A stretch of 64,000 bases of DNA from a virus (taxonomy: Duplodnaviria > Caudoviricetes): IMG/VR virus record IMGVR_UViG_3300037603_000132, positions 708 to 64,707 of that record, one strand, 5' to 3'. Positions 9,519-19,533 of this stretch are shown piece after piece; the first letter of the stretch is position 1; each line of letters starts with the position of its first letter. The notes beneath the pieces were generated by a model. It saw only the letters and a program-made list of their open reading frames with translations, had not been told where the DNA came from and made no database searches. The translations under genes were made by a program, and so were the position numbers.

Positions 9519-10141
9519 TGCTGGACCCCGTGTTCTCGCGATCTGGCTTGGGCTACGTCGTCGCCGTCGAGGGCCTGCGCGAACTCGCCGCTGACTTCGA
9601 CAACGTGTCCGACAAGATCAAGGCCCGGGCGGCCATGGCGATCAACTCCACGGCCCGCAAGTTCCGCACCGAGTCCAGCCGGGAGATGCGCAAGCAGGTC
9701 GCCTTCCCGGCGCGCTACCTGGACAGCCGCCAGGATGGCCGCCTCCGCGTCCGCCGCCAGGCCGCCGCGACCCGGCTGGAGGCCGCCATTGAGGGCCGGT
9801 TCGAGCCGACCAGCCTGACCCGGTTCGTCGTTGGCGCGGTGAGCCACGGGCGCAAGAACCCCAAGCTGCGCGTCTCGCCCGGGAGCCAGAGCCTCATCCC
9901 GAACTCGTTCATTATGAACCTCGCGAATCAGAACAAGGGCCTCGCGATTCGCTTGAAGCCCGGCGAGACGATCCGCAACAAGCGCAAGATGGTCTCCTTC
10001 TCCAAGAAGGACGCCAACCTCTATCTCCTCTATGGCCCCTCCGTCGATCAGGTTTTCCGCGATGTCGCGGTCGATGTATCGCCAGACGCGGCGGAGTATC
10101 TGGAGGCCGAGTTCCTACGACTGACGGAGCGACTGCTATGA
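9518..10141 (+). CDS. Minor tail / neck protein (gpZ-like)
   Basis: Basic 207 aa protein; LYGPSVDQVF motif; synteny. Confidence 0.7.
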   Translation: MLDPVFSRSGLGYVVAVEGLRELAADFDNVSDKIKARAAMAINSTARKFRTESSREMRKQVAFPARYLDSRQDGRLRVRRQAAATRLEAAIEGRFEPTSLTRFVVGAVSHGRKNPKLRVSPGSQSLIPNSFIMNLANQNKGLAIRLKPGETIRNKRKMVSFSKKDANLYLLYGPSVDQVFRDVAVDVSPDAAEYLEAEFLRLTERLL

Positions 10142-10632
10142 TCGACACCTTCCGCCTTCGGGTCATCAAGGCCCTCTGCGCCCACATCGAGACCATCTCG
10201 GTCGCGGGCGGCTACCAGCACGATCTCGCCGGAAAAGTGGTCCGGGGCCGGATCACGCTGACCGAGGAGGACGGCGCGCCGCCCATCATCGCGGTCAACG
10301 AAAAGCCGGTTTTCCCTGAAAACTTGCAGGGCCACGGCAGCGGTGCGAGCGGGACCAAGCTGGAACTGCTGATCCAGGGCTTCGCCGCCGACGACCGGAA
10401 GAACCCCACGGACCCGGCCTACCCGCTGCTGGGCGACGTGCAGAAATGTCTCGCGCTGGAGAAGCTGCGGGATGATGGATACGACCTCTTTGGCTTCAAA
10501 TCGCGCGTCATGTCGCTCGATGTGGGGCAGGGGGTCGTTCGCCCGCCGGACGGCGTTGTGGCTGACACCGCGTTCTTCTGGCTCCCCGTAACGCTGGAGA
10601 TCGGAGAGAAGTTCAACGATCCGATTGCGTGA
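10138..10632 (+). CDS. Tail terminator-like protein
   Basis: Synteny before the tail tube gene; coupled start. Confidence 0.65.
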   Translation: MIDTFRLRVIKALCAHIETISVAGGYQHDLAGKVVRGRITLTEEDGAPPIIAVNEKPVFPENLQGHGSGASGTKLELLIQGFAADDRKNPTDPAYPLLGDVQKCLALEKLRDDGYDLFGFKSRVMSLDVGQGVVRPPDGVVADTAFFWLPVTLEIGEKFNDPIA

Positions 10633-10639
10633 AAAGAAA

Positions 10640-10656
10640 ATCACCTGTAAGGTGAT
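10640..10656. promoter_or_regulatory. Operator upstream of the tail tube gene
   Basis: atcacc-tgtaa-ggtgat. Confidence 0.65.
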
Positions 10657-10716
10657 CTTTAACCCCAAGAGGAGTTTGCCCGCGAGGTCAAATTCACCCA
10701 AAAGTGGAGACTTACA

Positions 10717-11490
10717 ATGTCTAACAATCTCGTTCTGGGTCGCGGCAAGGTCTACTTCGACCGCTTCCTGCCCAACACCAACACCAAGACCGGCGAACGC
10801 TACCTCGGGTCCACCGCCGCCTTCGGCGTGACCGCCGAGACGCAGGAACTCGATCACTTCTCTTCGGAGGAGGGCCTGCGCAACAAGGATGAGTCGGTGA
10901 CGCTGCAAATCGACTACTCGGGGTCCCTGACCATCGAGAATATGTCGCCGGAGAACATCGCCCTGTTCTTCCTGGGTGACTCCGAGAGCGCCACCATCGC
11001 CGCCGCCCCCGGCGAGACCGAGACCCTGACGGTCCTGCATAACCGCTTCTACCAGCTTGGCATGACCAACGCGAAGCCGGAGGGCGTGGAGAACGTCTCG
11101 AACGTGGTCATCACCGATGTCGGCGCTGCCACCACCTTCGTCGCAGGCACCGACTACGTGGTGGAAGAGGCCGAGGGCTTCATCGAGATTCTGGCCTCCG
11201 GCAGCATCCCGGACAACTCGGACATCGTTGTGACCTACGACGTGGCCGCGCAGACCCAGGAGCGCGTGATCTCCGGCTCCAACCTGGTCCAGGGCGCTAT
11301 GCGCTTCCGCTCGCGCAACGGCGTCGGCGGCCAGCGTAACTTCTACCTGCCCAAGGTGACGCTCCGCCCGAACGGCGAGTACGCCCTGAAAGGTGAAGAG
11401 TGGCAGAACATCGCCTTCAACCTGGAAATCCTCCAGGCCGGTGACGCTATCGCCAACCTGCTCGCCACTGGTCGCGGCGCGACGACCTAA
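10717..11490 (+). CDS. Major tail tube protein
   Basis: LGRGKVYF...RYLG N-terminus typical of siphovirus tube proteins; RBS upstream. Confidence 0.85.
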   Translation: MSNNLVLGRGKVYFDRFLPNTNTKTGERYLGSTAAFGVTAETQELDHFSSEEGLRNKDESVTLQIDYSGSLTIENMSPENIALFFLGDSESATIAAAPGETETLTVLHNRFYQLGMTNAKPEGVENVSNVVITDVGAATTFVAGTDYVVEEAEGFIEILASGSIPDNSDIVVTYDVAAQTQERVISGSNLVQGAMRFRSRNGVGGQRNFYLPKVTLRPNGEYALKGEEWQNIAFNLEILQAGDAIANLLATGRGATT

Positions 11491-11508
11491 GCCCGGTAGG
11501 AGGAGCAA

Positions 11509-11967
11509 ATGACCGGACTTAGTGCCTTCACCCCCAAGACCCAAACGATTGAGATTCCGGGCGGCCAAGCCGTCGTCCGGGGTCTCGCGCTGGAGGACTT
11601 CGCGGTCCTCATGCGCGACCACCACGCGCCCATGGCCGCCCTCTTCGACCGCTACGTCGGGGAAGCCAGCCTTGAGCGTCTGGACGCGGAGAGCGGCGCG
11701 GGCCTCGGCCTGGCCGACATGGGCAGCGTCATCCTGGAGGCGTTCGAGTACGCCCCCGCGCTCATTGGCGACGTGATCGCCCGGGCGACGGGGGAGACCG
11801 AGAACCCCCACATGGCCCGGCTGCTGCCCGTGGGCGTCCAGATCAACGCGGTGGGTGAAATCGTGCGGCTGACCTTGGAGGCCGAGGGCGGCTTGGAAAA
11901 GCTGGTGGGAACGATCTCGATGCTGGCGGCCAGCCTGAAAACGGCGGTCGGGGATCGTTCTCGCTAG
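11509..11967 (+). CDS. Tail assembly chaperone (gpG-like)
   Basis: Between tube and tape-measure genes. Confidence 0.75.
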   Translation: MTGLSAFTPKTQTIEIPGGQAVVRGLALEDFAVLMRDHHAPMAALFDRYVGEASLERLDAESGAGLGLADMGSVILEAFEYAPALIGDVIARATGETENPHMARLLPVGVQINAVGEIVRLTLEAEGGLEKLVGTISMLAASLKTAVGDRSR

Positions 11968-11993
11968 ACGAATGGGTCGCGGGCCTGCGGGAG

Positions 11994-12203
11994 ATGGTCA
12001 GTCTCCTACAGGCCCACGGCCACCCAGAAGCCCGGTACTATCCAGTGCCGTACCTATGGGCTGAAACGCGGATCGTGAGGCGGCGAGTGAACCGAGATTT
12101 AGCCAATAACGCAATTCTCACCCAAATGGCCGTTGGCTCAATCCTGTCTGAGAAGGCCGGAAAGGCTTTCCAGAAGCGCATCAAAGAACTGACCGGAGAC
12201 TGA
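11994..12203 (+). CDS. Tail chaperone extension (gpT-like), probably reached by a -1 frameshift
   Basis: Open in the -1 frame from 11859; no clear RBS before ATG 11994. Confidence 0.6.
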   Translation: MVSLLQAHGHPEARYYPVPYLWAETRIVRRRVNRDLANNAILTQMAVGSILSEKAGKAFQKRIKELTGD

Positions 12204-12207
12204 GTCC

Positions 12208-15200
12208 ATGGCGAACCGCAACGTCGATCTTCTGATCCGCGCCCGGGACGACGCCTCCCGGGCCTTCAAATCGGTTTCGGAGGCCCTGGGCGACCTGGGC
12301 GCGATCCAGGAAGGCGTGGCGGCCAAGGCGTCGAAGGTTGACGCGGCTCTGGGCAAATCTCAGTCCTCGGCCCGCGATGTTGCCAAGGCAATCGGCGGCG
12401 ATCTGGCGGCGGACGGCGAGAGGGCCGCCAAGGTATTCGAGCGGATCGAGCGCACGGTCTCCGAGGCGTCCGCGCAGTTCGAGAAGCAGAAGGCCGATCT
12501 GCGGGAGAGCGGGCAGGCTTACGCCGCGCTCAAGGGGCAGGCCGAGGCAGCCGCCGCCGCGATCCGCAACGCCGAGAACAAGATCGGCCCGCAGACTCCC
12601 GAACAGGTCGAACGCCTCAAGGCGATGCAGGCCGCCTACCGGGACCTGACGCGGGAGGTTTCCCGGACGGCCCCCAAGCTGTCCAAGCAGGAAGCCCAGC
12701 TTGAGCAAAGCGCCGCAGAACTCGACCGTATCCGCAACGCCGCAATTGCCGCCTCCTCGGCCCTCCGAGAAGTGGCCCGCAGCAGCAGCACGGCGCGCGG
12801 CGTAGGGGAGTCCGCGCAGCAGCAGGAAGCCGCCAACGCCGCCGCCCGGCGCGGCCTGTCCCAGCTTGCCAAGGCCGAGCGCGAGGTCCAGATCGAGATC
12901 GCCGCGCGGGAGGAAGCCGCACGGGAAGCCGCCCGCGCCGCCGAGGCCGAGAACGACCGGCTGGTCAACTCCGTCCGGGAGGTGATCCAAGCCGAAGAGC
13001 GCCTGGCCGCCATTGAAGCGCGGCGGGCCAGCATCGCGGCCAACCGGGCCGTGAACCGCCAGGCATCCGCCGGTCTCGCGGGGATCACCGCCGGGCTGAT
13101 GTCGCAGGAGCGCGCCGAGGTTGCCGCGACCAAGGCCGCCGAGGCCCACCGCCGCGCCATGGACACCCTGTCGGCCAGCTACGCCAAGCAGCGCGCCCAG
13201 GCCCGCCCCAGCGTCCAGTCGCAGCGCGATCTGGCTCAGTCCTTCCGCACCAGCTTCGCGGCGGCCCAGAACGCGCGCCGCCCCATCGAGCAGTTGGTCG
13301 CGGAGATCGTCCGCCTTGGCCCCGCGACGGACAGCGCGGCCCGGGGCGTCCAGCGCCTTTCGGCCCAGACCCTCAACGGTCGCCGGGCCTTCGCCGCGTT
13401 CTACGGGGACTCCCGCCGCGCCCTGTCGCTGATGCAGCGCCTCCGGGGCGAGGTGCTGTCTCTGACGGCCTCGTTCGTCGGCTTCTACGGCGTGTTCAAC
13501 GTCGGTCGGGGAATCTTTGAGGCGTTCACCAAGTTGGAGGCGGCCCAGAACCGCCTCGGCGCGGCCTTCGACCAGGATTACGCCAAGGTGAACGCCGAGA
13601 TGGCGGCCCTCCAAGACGAGGCAGGCCGCCTCGGCATCTCCTTCGACGTGCTGGCCGACAACTACTCCAAATTCCTGATCTCCGGCCAGCAGGCGGGCCT
13701 TGAGACGGCGCAGCTTCGGGAGGTGTTCCGCCAGGTCTCCGAGGCGGGCCGCGTCCTCAAGCTGTCGAACGACCAGATCGCCGGGACGTTCAACGCGCTG
13801 ACCCAGATCGCCGGTAAAGGCACCCTCCAGATGGAGGAATTGCGGCAGCAGTTGGGCGACCGCCTTCCCGGGGCTGTCGGCCTTCTGGCGAACGCGCTGG
13901 GCTACGGCGAGGACGAACTGGCTCAGTTCTACAAGGACGTGGAGAACGGCGCGATCTCTGCCGAGCAGGCGCTTGTCGGCCTCGGCAAGGGGCTGGAGGA
14001 CACCTACGGCGGCCAGCTTGAGGACGCTCTGGACTCCACCATCACCAAGGTCGGGGAACTCCAGAACCTCTTCTTCCAGCGCCAGGCCACCGCCGCAAAC
14101 GCGGGCTTCATCGACGGCCTCGATACGGCGCTCGACGCGCTCAACGAGTTCTTGGCCTCCGAGGAGGGGATCGAGTTCTTTGAGGCTCTTGGCGCGGCCT
14201 TCGGGCGGCTCTTTGAACTGCTCCCGGCGGTGATCGACAACCTCGACCTGCTGACCAGCGCCGCCCAAGTGTTCGTCGCGATCAAGTTGGGGCAAGTGGT
14301 CTCCGGCCTCGCCGGGAACCTCGGCAACCTGACCCGCATGACCTTCTCGCAGGCGCGCGTCCAAGTCGCGCTGAACCGGACGGTCGCGGCCTTCTCGCCC
14401 TCGGCGGCGGCAGCCCTGCGCTCCTCCACGGCGCTCGGCGCGGGCCTGCGCGGTCTCCGGTCCATCGTGGCGAGCCTGATGGTGACGATGCGGGCGGCCT
14501 TCCTGTCCATCGGCGGGATCGTCGGGATCGCGGCTGCGGCGCTGTCCTTCTTCGCGCTGGAGGCGGTGGTCGGGGTGGACGACTCGATGTCCGACCTTGA
14601 GGACACGATGCGGGACGCCGAGGACGTGATCGGGGACGTGGCGAAAGCGTTTCGGGACGCGGGCGGCGATGCTGACAAGTTCGCCAAGAACCTCAAGGAC
14701 GTGGACACCCTCGCCAAGCGGATCGAACTGCGGAAGTTGCAGAACCAGATCACCGACACGCGCGCCAAGCGGTCGCAGACCTTCGGCGTGAACGACCTGT
14801 CCATCGGCCTCGGCGCGGGCTTCGCGGAACTCGACCCCGGCGCATCGGCCCTGCGGAACTTCAACGCCTACATCGCCCGGTTCAACACCGGCAAGATGTC
14901 GGCCAAGGACATGCAGGAAGCCCTCGGGGACCTCTCCGACGAGTTCGACGGGTTCGAGGACATCGCCGGGCTGTCCGAGTTCAAGGACTACGTGGACCAG
15001 ATGGCCGAGGCGGAGGAGCAGATCGCCCGCCTTGAGGCCGAGTTGGCCGTGATCGACGGAACCGCGACCGACGCCCAGCGGGCGCTGCTCGGGCTGGACG
15101 AACAGCTTGACGAGTCCGCCGCTGCCGCCAAGCGGAGCCGGGAGCAGTTCGAGGGCTTCCAGGCCGCCATGCGGACGCTCGGAGAGAACATCCCCGAACT

Positions 15201-17034
15201 CAACGAGAAGCTGGAGCAGTTCGACGCGATCCGCCAGATCGAGGAGGATTTCCAGGCGGCCCTGGCGGCTGCCGACGGCTTCGCGGACGCCGCCGAGCGC
15301 GCGGCGCGGATTGGCGAGGCCGTGGAACTGCGCGGTCGGGCCTACGACGCCCTCTACGACGGCCAGGTCCGGGACTACGACGGGACGGACGGGACTCAGG
15401 TGGCCGCGCAGTTCCTGCGCGATCTGGAGGGCTTCCGGGCCACTCCCTATTGGGACGTGAACGCCAACCGCGTCGGCTTCGGCTCGGACACCGTTACCCT
15501 CGCGGACGGGACGATCAAGAAGGTGACGGAGGGGATGCGTATCTCCGTCGCGGACGCCAACCGCGACCTGATGCGCCGGATCACCACCGAGTTCATGCCC
15601 GCCGCCCGGCGCGGTGCTGGCGCGGCCCGGTTCGACTCTTTCAACGCCCAGCAGCAGGCCGCGCTAACCTCCATTGCCTACAACTACGGCTCGCTACCCG
15701 ACCGCATCATCGCAGCGGTGCGCAACGGGACCGACCAGGAGATCGCCGCCGCGATCAAGGGCCTCGCGAACGACAACGAAGGGATCAACCGCCAGCGCCG
15801 CCTGAAAGAGGCCGCCCTGTTCACCACCGACGCCGGGGTCCAGCCCGCGCTCGATGCGGCGATTGACGCCGAGGAGGACCGGGCCGAGGCCGCCAAGAAG
15901 CTGAAAGAGGATCAGGACGACTTCCGCGCGGGCCTCGTCGCCCAGATCGAGCAGACGCGGTTCCTCAACTCGCTGGAAAACGAGCGCATGATCGACGCGG
16001 AGGTCGCCAAGGCGATCCGCGAGGCGGAGATCGAGGCCCAAGAGGTCGGCCTGCAACTGACCAAGGAGCAGCGCGCCGAGATCGAGGCCGTCACCCGGGC
16101 CAAGTTCGCCACGGCGCAGGCTGAGGAGGACCGCAACGACCAGCTTGAGCGGGCGAAGGCGCTGGAGGAACAGGCTGCCCTCCTCGCGGAGCGTCGGCGC
16201 TTCCTGCTTGAGCAGATCACGCAGATGGAAGGCCAGGGCGACATGGTGGGTGTTGCCCGGACCCAGGAAGAACTGGAGGCCGTGGAAGCGCAGCTTGAGA
16301 GCGCGCTGGAGAAGGCTATCGCGTTCTGGGAGGCCCTGGGCGGCGAGGGGTCCGAGAAGGCGATCCTGGCGCTCCAGACGACCCAGCAAGAACTGCGGCA
16401 GGTCGAGTCCACCGCCGTGACCACCGGGCGGCAGATCAACGACATGATCGCGGATCGCGCGGCCTCGGCCTTCGACTCTTTCTCCCGGCGCGTGGCCGAG
16501 GGTGAGAACGCCCTGGATGTGTTCAAGCAAGAGTTCATGCGGATGGCCGCCGACATCCTGATCCAGATCGGGCAGATGATTATCCGCCAGTCGATCTTCA
16601 ACGCGATCTCCGGGATGATGGGCGGCGGCGCGCGCGGCAGCGGCGGCCTCGGCGGCCTGATCGCGGGCGGCGTCAACGGCATCTTCCACAACGGCGGCGT
16701 GGCGACGGGCAACAACCTGCGCTCGGCGCGCACCTTCGACCCGGCGATCTTCGCCAACGCCCGGCGCTATCACACGGGCGGAATCGCTGGCCTGGCCCCC
16801 GACGAGATGGGCGCGATCCTCAAAAAGAACGAGGAAATCCTGACCGAACAGGACCCGCGCCACCGCTTCAACGGCGGCCTGTCCTCGGGCGGCGGGGACG
16901 AAGGGCCTACGATCATCAACGCCTTCGACGCGGAGGAGATGCTGGAGCGCGCTCTGGCGACCCCGCGCGGCAAGAAGGTCATGCTCAACCATGTGCGGGC
17001 CACCCGCACCGAGACCAAGGCAGCCCTCGGATGA
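12208..17034 (+). CDS. Tape measure protein with an internal GH24 lysozyme-like domain
   Basis: 1608 aa Ala-rich; tape-measure motif GTLQMEELRQQLGDRLPGA; lysozyme-like LEGFRATPYWD...AALTSIAYNYG...RRLKEAALF at about 15400-15825. Confidence 0.95.
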   Translation: MANRNVDLLIRARDDASRAFKSVSEALGDLGAIQEGVAAKASKVDAALGKSQSSARDVAKAIGGDLAADGERAAKVFERIERTVSEASAQFEKQKADLRESGQAYAALKGQAEAAAAAIRNAENKIGPQTPEQVERLKAMQAAYRDLTREVSRTAPKLSKQEAQLEQSAAELDRIRNAAIAASSALREVARSSSTARGVGESAQQQEAANAAARRGLSQLAKAEREVQIEIAAREEAAREAARAAEAENDRLVNSVREVIQAEERLAAIEARRASIAANRAVNRQASAGLAGITAGLMSQERAEVAATKAAEAHRRAMDTLSASYAKQRAQARPSVQSQRDLAQSFRTSFAAAQNARRPIEQLVAEIVRLGPATDSAARGVQRLSAQTLNGRRAFAAFYGDSRRALSLMQRLRGEVLSLTASFVGFYGVFNVGRGIFEAFTKLEAAQNRLGAAFDQDYAKVNAEMAALQDEAGRLGISFDVLADNYSKFLISGQQAGLETAQLREVFRQVSEAGRVLKLSNDQIAGTFNALTQIAGKGTLQMEELRQQLGDRLPGAVGLLANALGYGEDELAQFYKDVENGAISAEQALVGLGKGLEDTYGGQLEDALDSTITKVGELQNLFFQRQATAANAGFIDGLDTALDALNEFLASEEGIEFFEALGAAFGRLFELLPAVIDNLDLLTSAAQVFVAIKLGQVVSGLAGNLGNLTRMTFSQARVQVALNRTVAAFSPSAAAALRSSTALGAGLRGLRSIVASLMVTMRAAFLSIGGIVGIAAAALSFFALEAVVGVDDSMSDLEDTMRDAEDVIGDVAKAFRDAGGDADKFAKNLKDVDTLAKRIELRKLQNQITDTRAKRSQTFGVNDLSIGLGAGFAELDPGASALRNFNAYIARFNTGKMSAKDMQEALGDLSDEFDGFEDIAGLSEFKDYVDQMAEAEEQIARLEAELAVIDGTATDAQRALLGLDEQLDESAAAAKRSREQFEGFQAAMRTLGENIPELNEKLEQFDAIRQIEEDFQAALAAADGFADAAERAARIGEAVELRGRAYDALYDGQVRDYDGTDGTQVAAQFLRDLEGFRATPYWDVNANRVGFGSDTVTLADGTIKKVTEGMRISVADANRDLMRRITTEFMPAARRGAGAARFDSFNAQQQAALTSIAYNYGSLPDRIIAAVRNGTDQEIAAAIKGLANDNEGINRQRRLKEAALFTTDAGVQPALDAAIDAEEDRAEAAKKLKEDQDDFRAGLVAQIEQTRFLNSLENERMIDAEVAKAIREAEIEAQEVGLQLTKEQRAEIEAVTRAKFATAQAEEDRNDQLERAKALEEQAALLAERRRFLLEQITQMEGQGDMVGVARTQEELEAVEAQLESALEKAIAFWEALGGEGSEKAILALQTTQQELRQVESTAVTTGRQINDMIADRAASAFDSFSRRVAEGENALDVFKQEFMRMAADILIQIGQMIIRQSIFNAISGMMGGGARGSGGLGGLIAGGVNGIFHNGGVATGNNLRSARTFDPAIFANARRYHTGGIAGLAPDEMGAILKKNEEILTEQDPRHRFNGGLSSGGGDEGPTIINAFDAEEMLERALATPRGKKVMLNHVRATRTETKAALG

Positions 17035-18221
17035 TGACGCTCCAGCGCAACTCCCGCATCTTCCCGGGCCGGGCGAACTGGTCTCGGCAGGTCAGCGCGG
17101 ACTACCAGTTCAAGACCAGCATTTTCACCGCCCGCGACGGCACGGAGTCCCGCGAGGCGCTGCGGCAGAAAGCCCGCGTCGAGTTGGAGTTCCAGTCGAT
17201 GTTCACCCGGCGCGGCGTCGAGCGGCTGGTGGGCGATCTGCGGGAGGGACTCGCCGTGCCGTTCCGCGTCCGCGCGCCCTGGCTCCCGACCAAAGTGGCG
17301 GCGACCGTGGCGGCAGGGGCTACCACGATCCCCGTGGCCTCGACGCCCGGCTGGCTGGTCGCGGGTTGCCAGATCATCGTCACGACCGAGACCCACGAGG
17401 ACTGGTTCGAGGTCAGCGCGGTCGGCGGCGGCGTGGTTACGATCTTGGGGGCCACCTCGGCAGAGTATCCGCCGGGCAGCCGGGTCCACCTCGCCTATAC
17501 CGCCCGTATGCCCGACAAGGCCCCGGTCTCCGCCGAGACGGCAAGCGTCTGGACGGGGCGGTTCCGGTTCGAGGTGCTGCCCGGGACTCCGGCGGAGACC
17601 TACCCGGCGGCCAGCGGCGACACGTTCGAGGGCCGCGAGGTTTTCCTGCGCCGCCCGAACTGGTCCGACACGCCCCGGCTCGACTTCGGCCAGGAGCGCG
17701 AGACCTTCGACCCGGGCATCGGCAGCAACGTCGTGGCGGCCCCGCAGTTGGACGACCACCTCACCGTGCGCTACGGCCACACCGGCCTCAACGCGGCCTC
17801 CTCCGAGGACCTGATCGGCTTCTTCCTGCGCCAGCGGGGCCGCCGGAACCCCTTCTGGACTCCGCTCTGGACGCGCGACATCGCCCCCTCGGCCACCGAC
17901 ACGGGCGCGGCCACTTCCTTCCAGATCGACGGCAGCGAGTTCCGCGCGGCCTACGACGGCCACCAGGTCTATCGCGCCATGATCGCCTTCTGGGGCGACG
18001 GCTCCCACCAGATCAACCGGGTCTCCGCGATCACCGGGGCTGCCGACTCCGTGGTGGAGTTCGCCGCGCCCTGGGACCAGCCGATCCTGCCGACGACGCG
18101 CGTTCACTGGCTGCTCCGTTCACGGCTGGAGAGCGACACGCTCGATGTTCGTTGGCGCACCGACACCGTTTGCGAGGTCGCCCTGCCGATCCGCTCTCTC
18201 TACGCACCGCCGGAGGTCTGA
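17031..18221 (+). CDS. Distal tail / tail-tip protein
   Basis: Follows TMP; GRRNPFWTPLW motif; coupled start. Confidence 0.75.
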   Translation: MMTLQRNSRIFPGRANWSRQVSADYQFKTSIFTARDGTESREALRQKARVELEFQSMFTRRGVERLVGDLREGLAVPFRVRAPWLPTKVAATVAAGATTIPVASTPGWLVAGCQIIVTTETHEDWFEVSAVGGGVVTILGATSAEYPPGSRVHLAYTARMPDKAPVSAETASVWTGRFRFEVLPGTPAETYPAASGDTFEGREVFLRRPNWSDTPRLDFGQERETFDPGIGSNVVAAPQLDDHLTVRYGHTGLNAASSEDLIGFFLRQRGRRNPFWTPLWTRDIAPSATDTGAATSFQIDGSEFRAAYDGHQVYRAMIAFWGDGSHQINRVSAITGAADSVVEFAAPWDQPILPTTRVHWLLRSRLESDTLDVRWRTDTVCEVALPIRSLYAPPEV

Positions 18222-18223
18222 CA

Positions 18224-19078
18224 ATGGCGATCCAAGACTACGAGGGGAACCCCTTTCGCGGCCAGCCGGTCGAACTGTACGAGTTCGTCTACGGGACCGA
18301 GCCGGGTCAGGTTTACCGCTACACCAACGCCGACGAGGAGATCGTCTGGAACGGTGAACTCTACGCGACCACGCCCATCGACCGCGACAAGATCGAGACG
18401 AAGGGCCGGGGCGAAAGCGAAGAGGTCACGGTCCAGGTTCCTCTCTACGCCGAGATCGCGGAACTCTTCCGCGTGTTCCCGCCGGGCCGCGTCGTCCATG
18501 TGACGATCCGCCAGGGCCACCTCCCAAACCCGGATGACCCGGCGGAGTTCCTGACCGGGCTCAATTTTCCCGTCGTGTGGGTTGGCCGTGTCCTGGAGAG
18601 CCGCCGCGACGGGGCCAACGCCGACCTGACGTGCGACAACAGCCACGCCGGGATGAAGCGGACGGGCCTGCGCCTCCACTTCCAGTACCCGTGCCCGCTT
18701 GCCCTCTACTCCGCCCGCTGCGGCGCGGACAAGGAGGCCGCCCGGCGCGCCACCACGGCCACCGTCTCAGGCGTCCAGATGACTTTCGCGGACGGATGGA
18801 ACGGCGCAGCGGACCCGAGCAGCTATATCGGCGGCCTGGTCGAGTGGGACGGCCCCGAGGGCCGGGAGTACCGGGCGATCTACCGGGTCGTGGACCCCAC
18901 CACCGTCGTCGTGAACGCTGCTCCGCGCAACTTCATCGACGGCAGCGCGGTCGATGTGTACCTCGGCTGCCCCCATACGCTCGGCGGCTGTCAAGTCCTC
19001 CACAACAACGCCGTCAACTACGGCGGTTTCCACCGCATCCCGACGCTGAATCCCGTCGGGAAAAACAACCACTCGTAG
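18224..19078 (+). CDS. Tail-tip protein, BR0599/DUF2163 family
   Basis: PVELYEF N-terminus; CPLALYSARCG; GCPHTLGGC...NYGGF Cys motifs. Confidence 0.85.
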   Translation: MAIQDYEGNPFRGQPVELYEFVYGTEPGQVYRYTNADEEIVWNGELYATTPIDRDKIETKGRGESEEVTVQVPLYAEIAELFRVFPPGRVVHVTIRQGHLPNPDDPAEFLTGLNFPVVWVGRVLESRRDGANADLTCDNSHAGMKRTGLRLHFQYPCPLALYSARCGADKEAARRATTATVSGVQMTFADGWNGAADPSSYIGGLVEWDGPEGREYRAIYRVVDPTTVVVNAAPRNFIDGSAVDVYLGCPHTLGGCQVLHNNAVNYGGFHRIPTLNPVGKNNHS

Positions 19079-19087
19079 GGGGCGAAT

Positions 19088-19330
19088 ATGGCGATCAACT
19101 TCCTCGCTCAAATCGCAATCGGGGCGGTCATGCAGATCGCCGGCTACCTCATGTACCCGAAGCCGAAGCGGCCCAAGCCGGAGGCGGCGCGGGAGATGGA
19201 CAAGCAGACGGCGGAGAGCGGAAAGCCGATCCCGGTGATCTTCGGCTCGATGACGATCTCCTCGGCCAACCTCCTCGACGCCGCCGACAAGGAGATCATC
19301 ACCCGCGAAACCACGGTGAGCAAGAAATGA
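19088..19330 (+). CDS. Small tail assembly protein
   Basis: ESGKPIPVIFG motif typical of tail-tip accessory proteins. Confidence 0.75.
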   Translation: MAINFLAQIAIGAVMQIAGYLMYPKPKRPKPEAAREMDKQTAESGKPIPVIFGSMTISSANLLDAADKEIITRETTVSKK

Positions 19331-19533
19331 GCGGGCGGCTGACCATCCAAGACTGCCGGGATGCGGGGTTCTGCATCAACCCGGGCGTGAAAGCGGCCTG
19401 CAAGCTGCACGGCATCGACTTCCGGCAACTCGTGAAAGAGGGCGTCCCGCTGGAGCAGGTCGAAAACCTCAACGACATCAACGTCCAACGCGCGGTTGGC
19501 ATTGCGAAAAACAGGATCGAGAAGAATGGGTAA
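19327..19533 (+). CDS. Small tail-associated protein
   Basis: MSGRLTIQDCRDAGFCINPGVK...; coupled to both neighbours. Confidence 0.7.
   Translation: MSGRLTIQDCRDAGFCINPGVKAACKLHGIDFRQLVKEGVPLEQVENLNDINVQRAVGIAKNRIEKNG

Noticed and set aside
681-16992. Long minus-strand ORFs antisense to structural genes (e.g. 681-3899, 4140-5939, 12181-14364)
   Set aside because: Shadow ORFs from GC-rich codon bias; no recognisable motifs.
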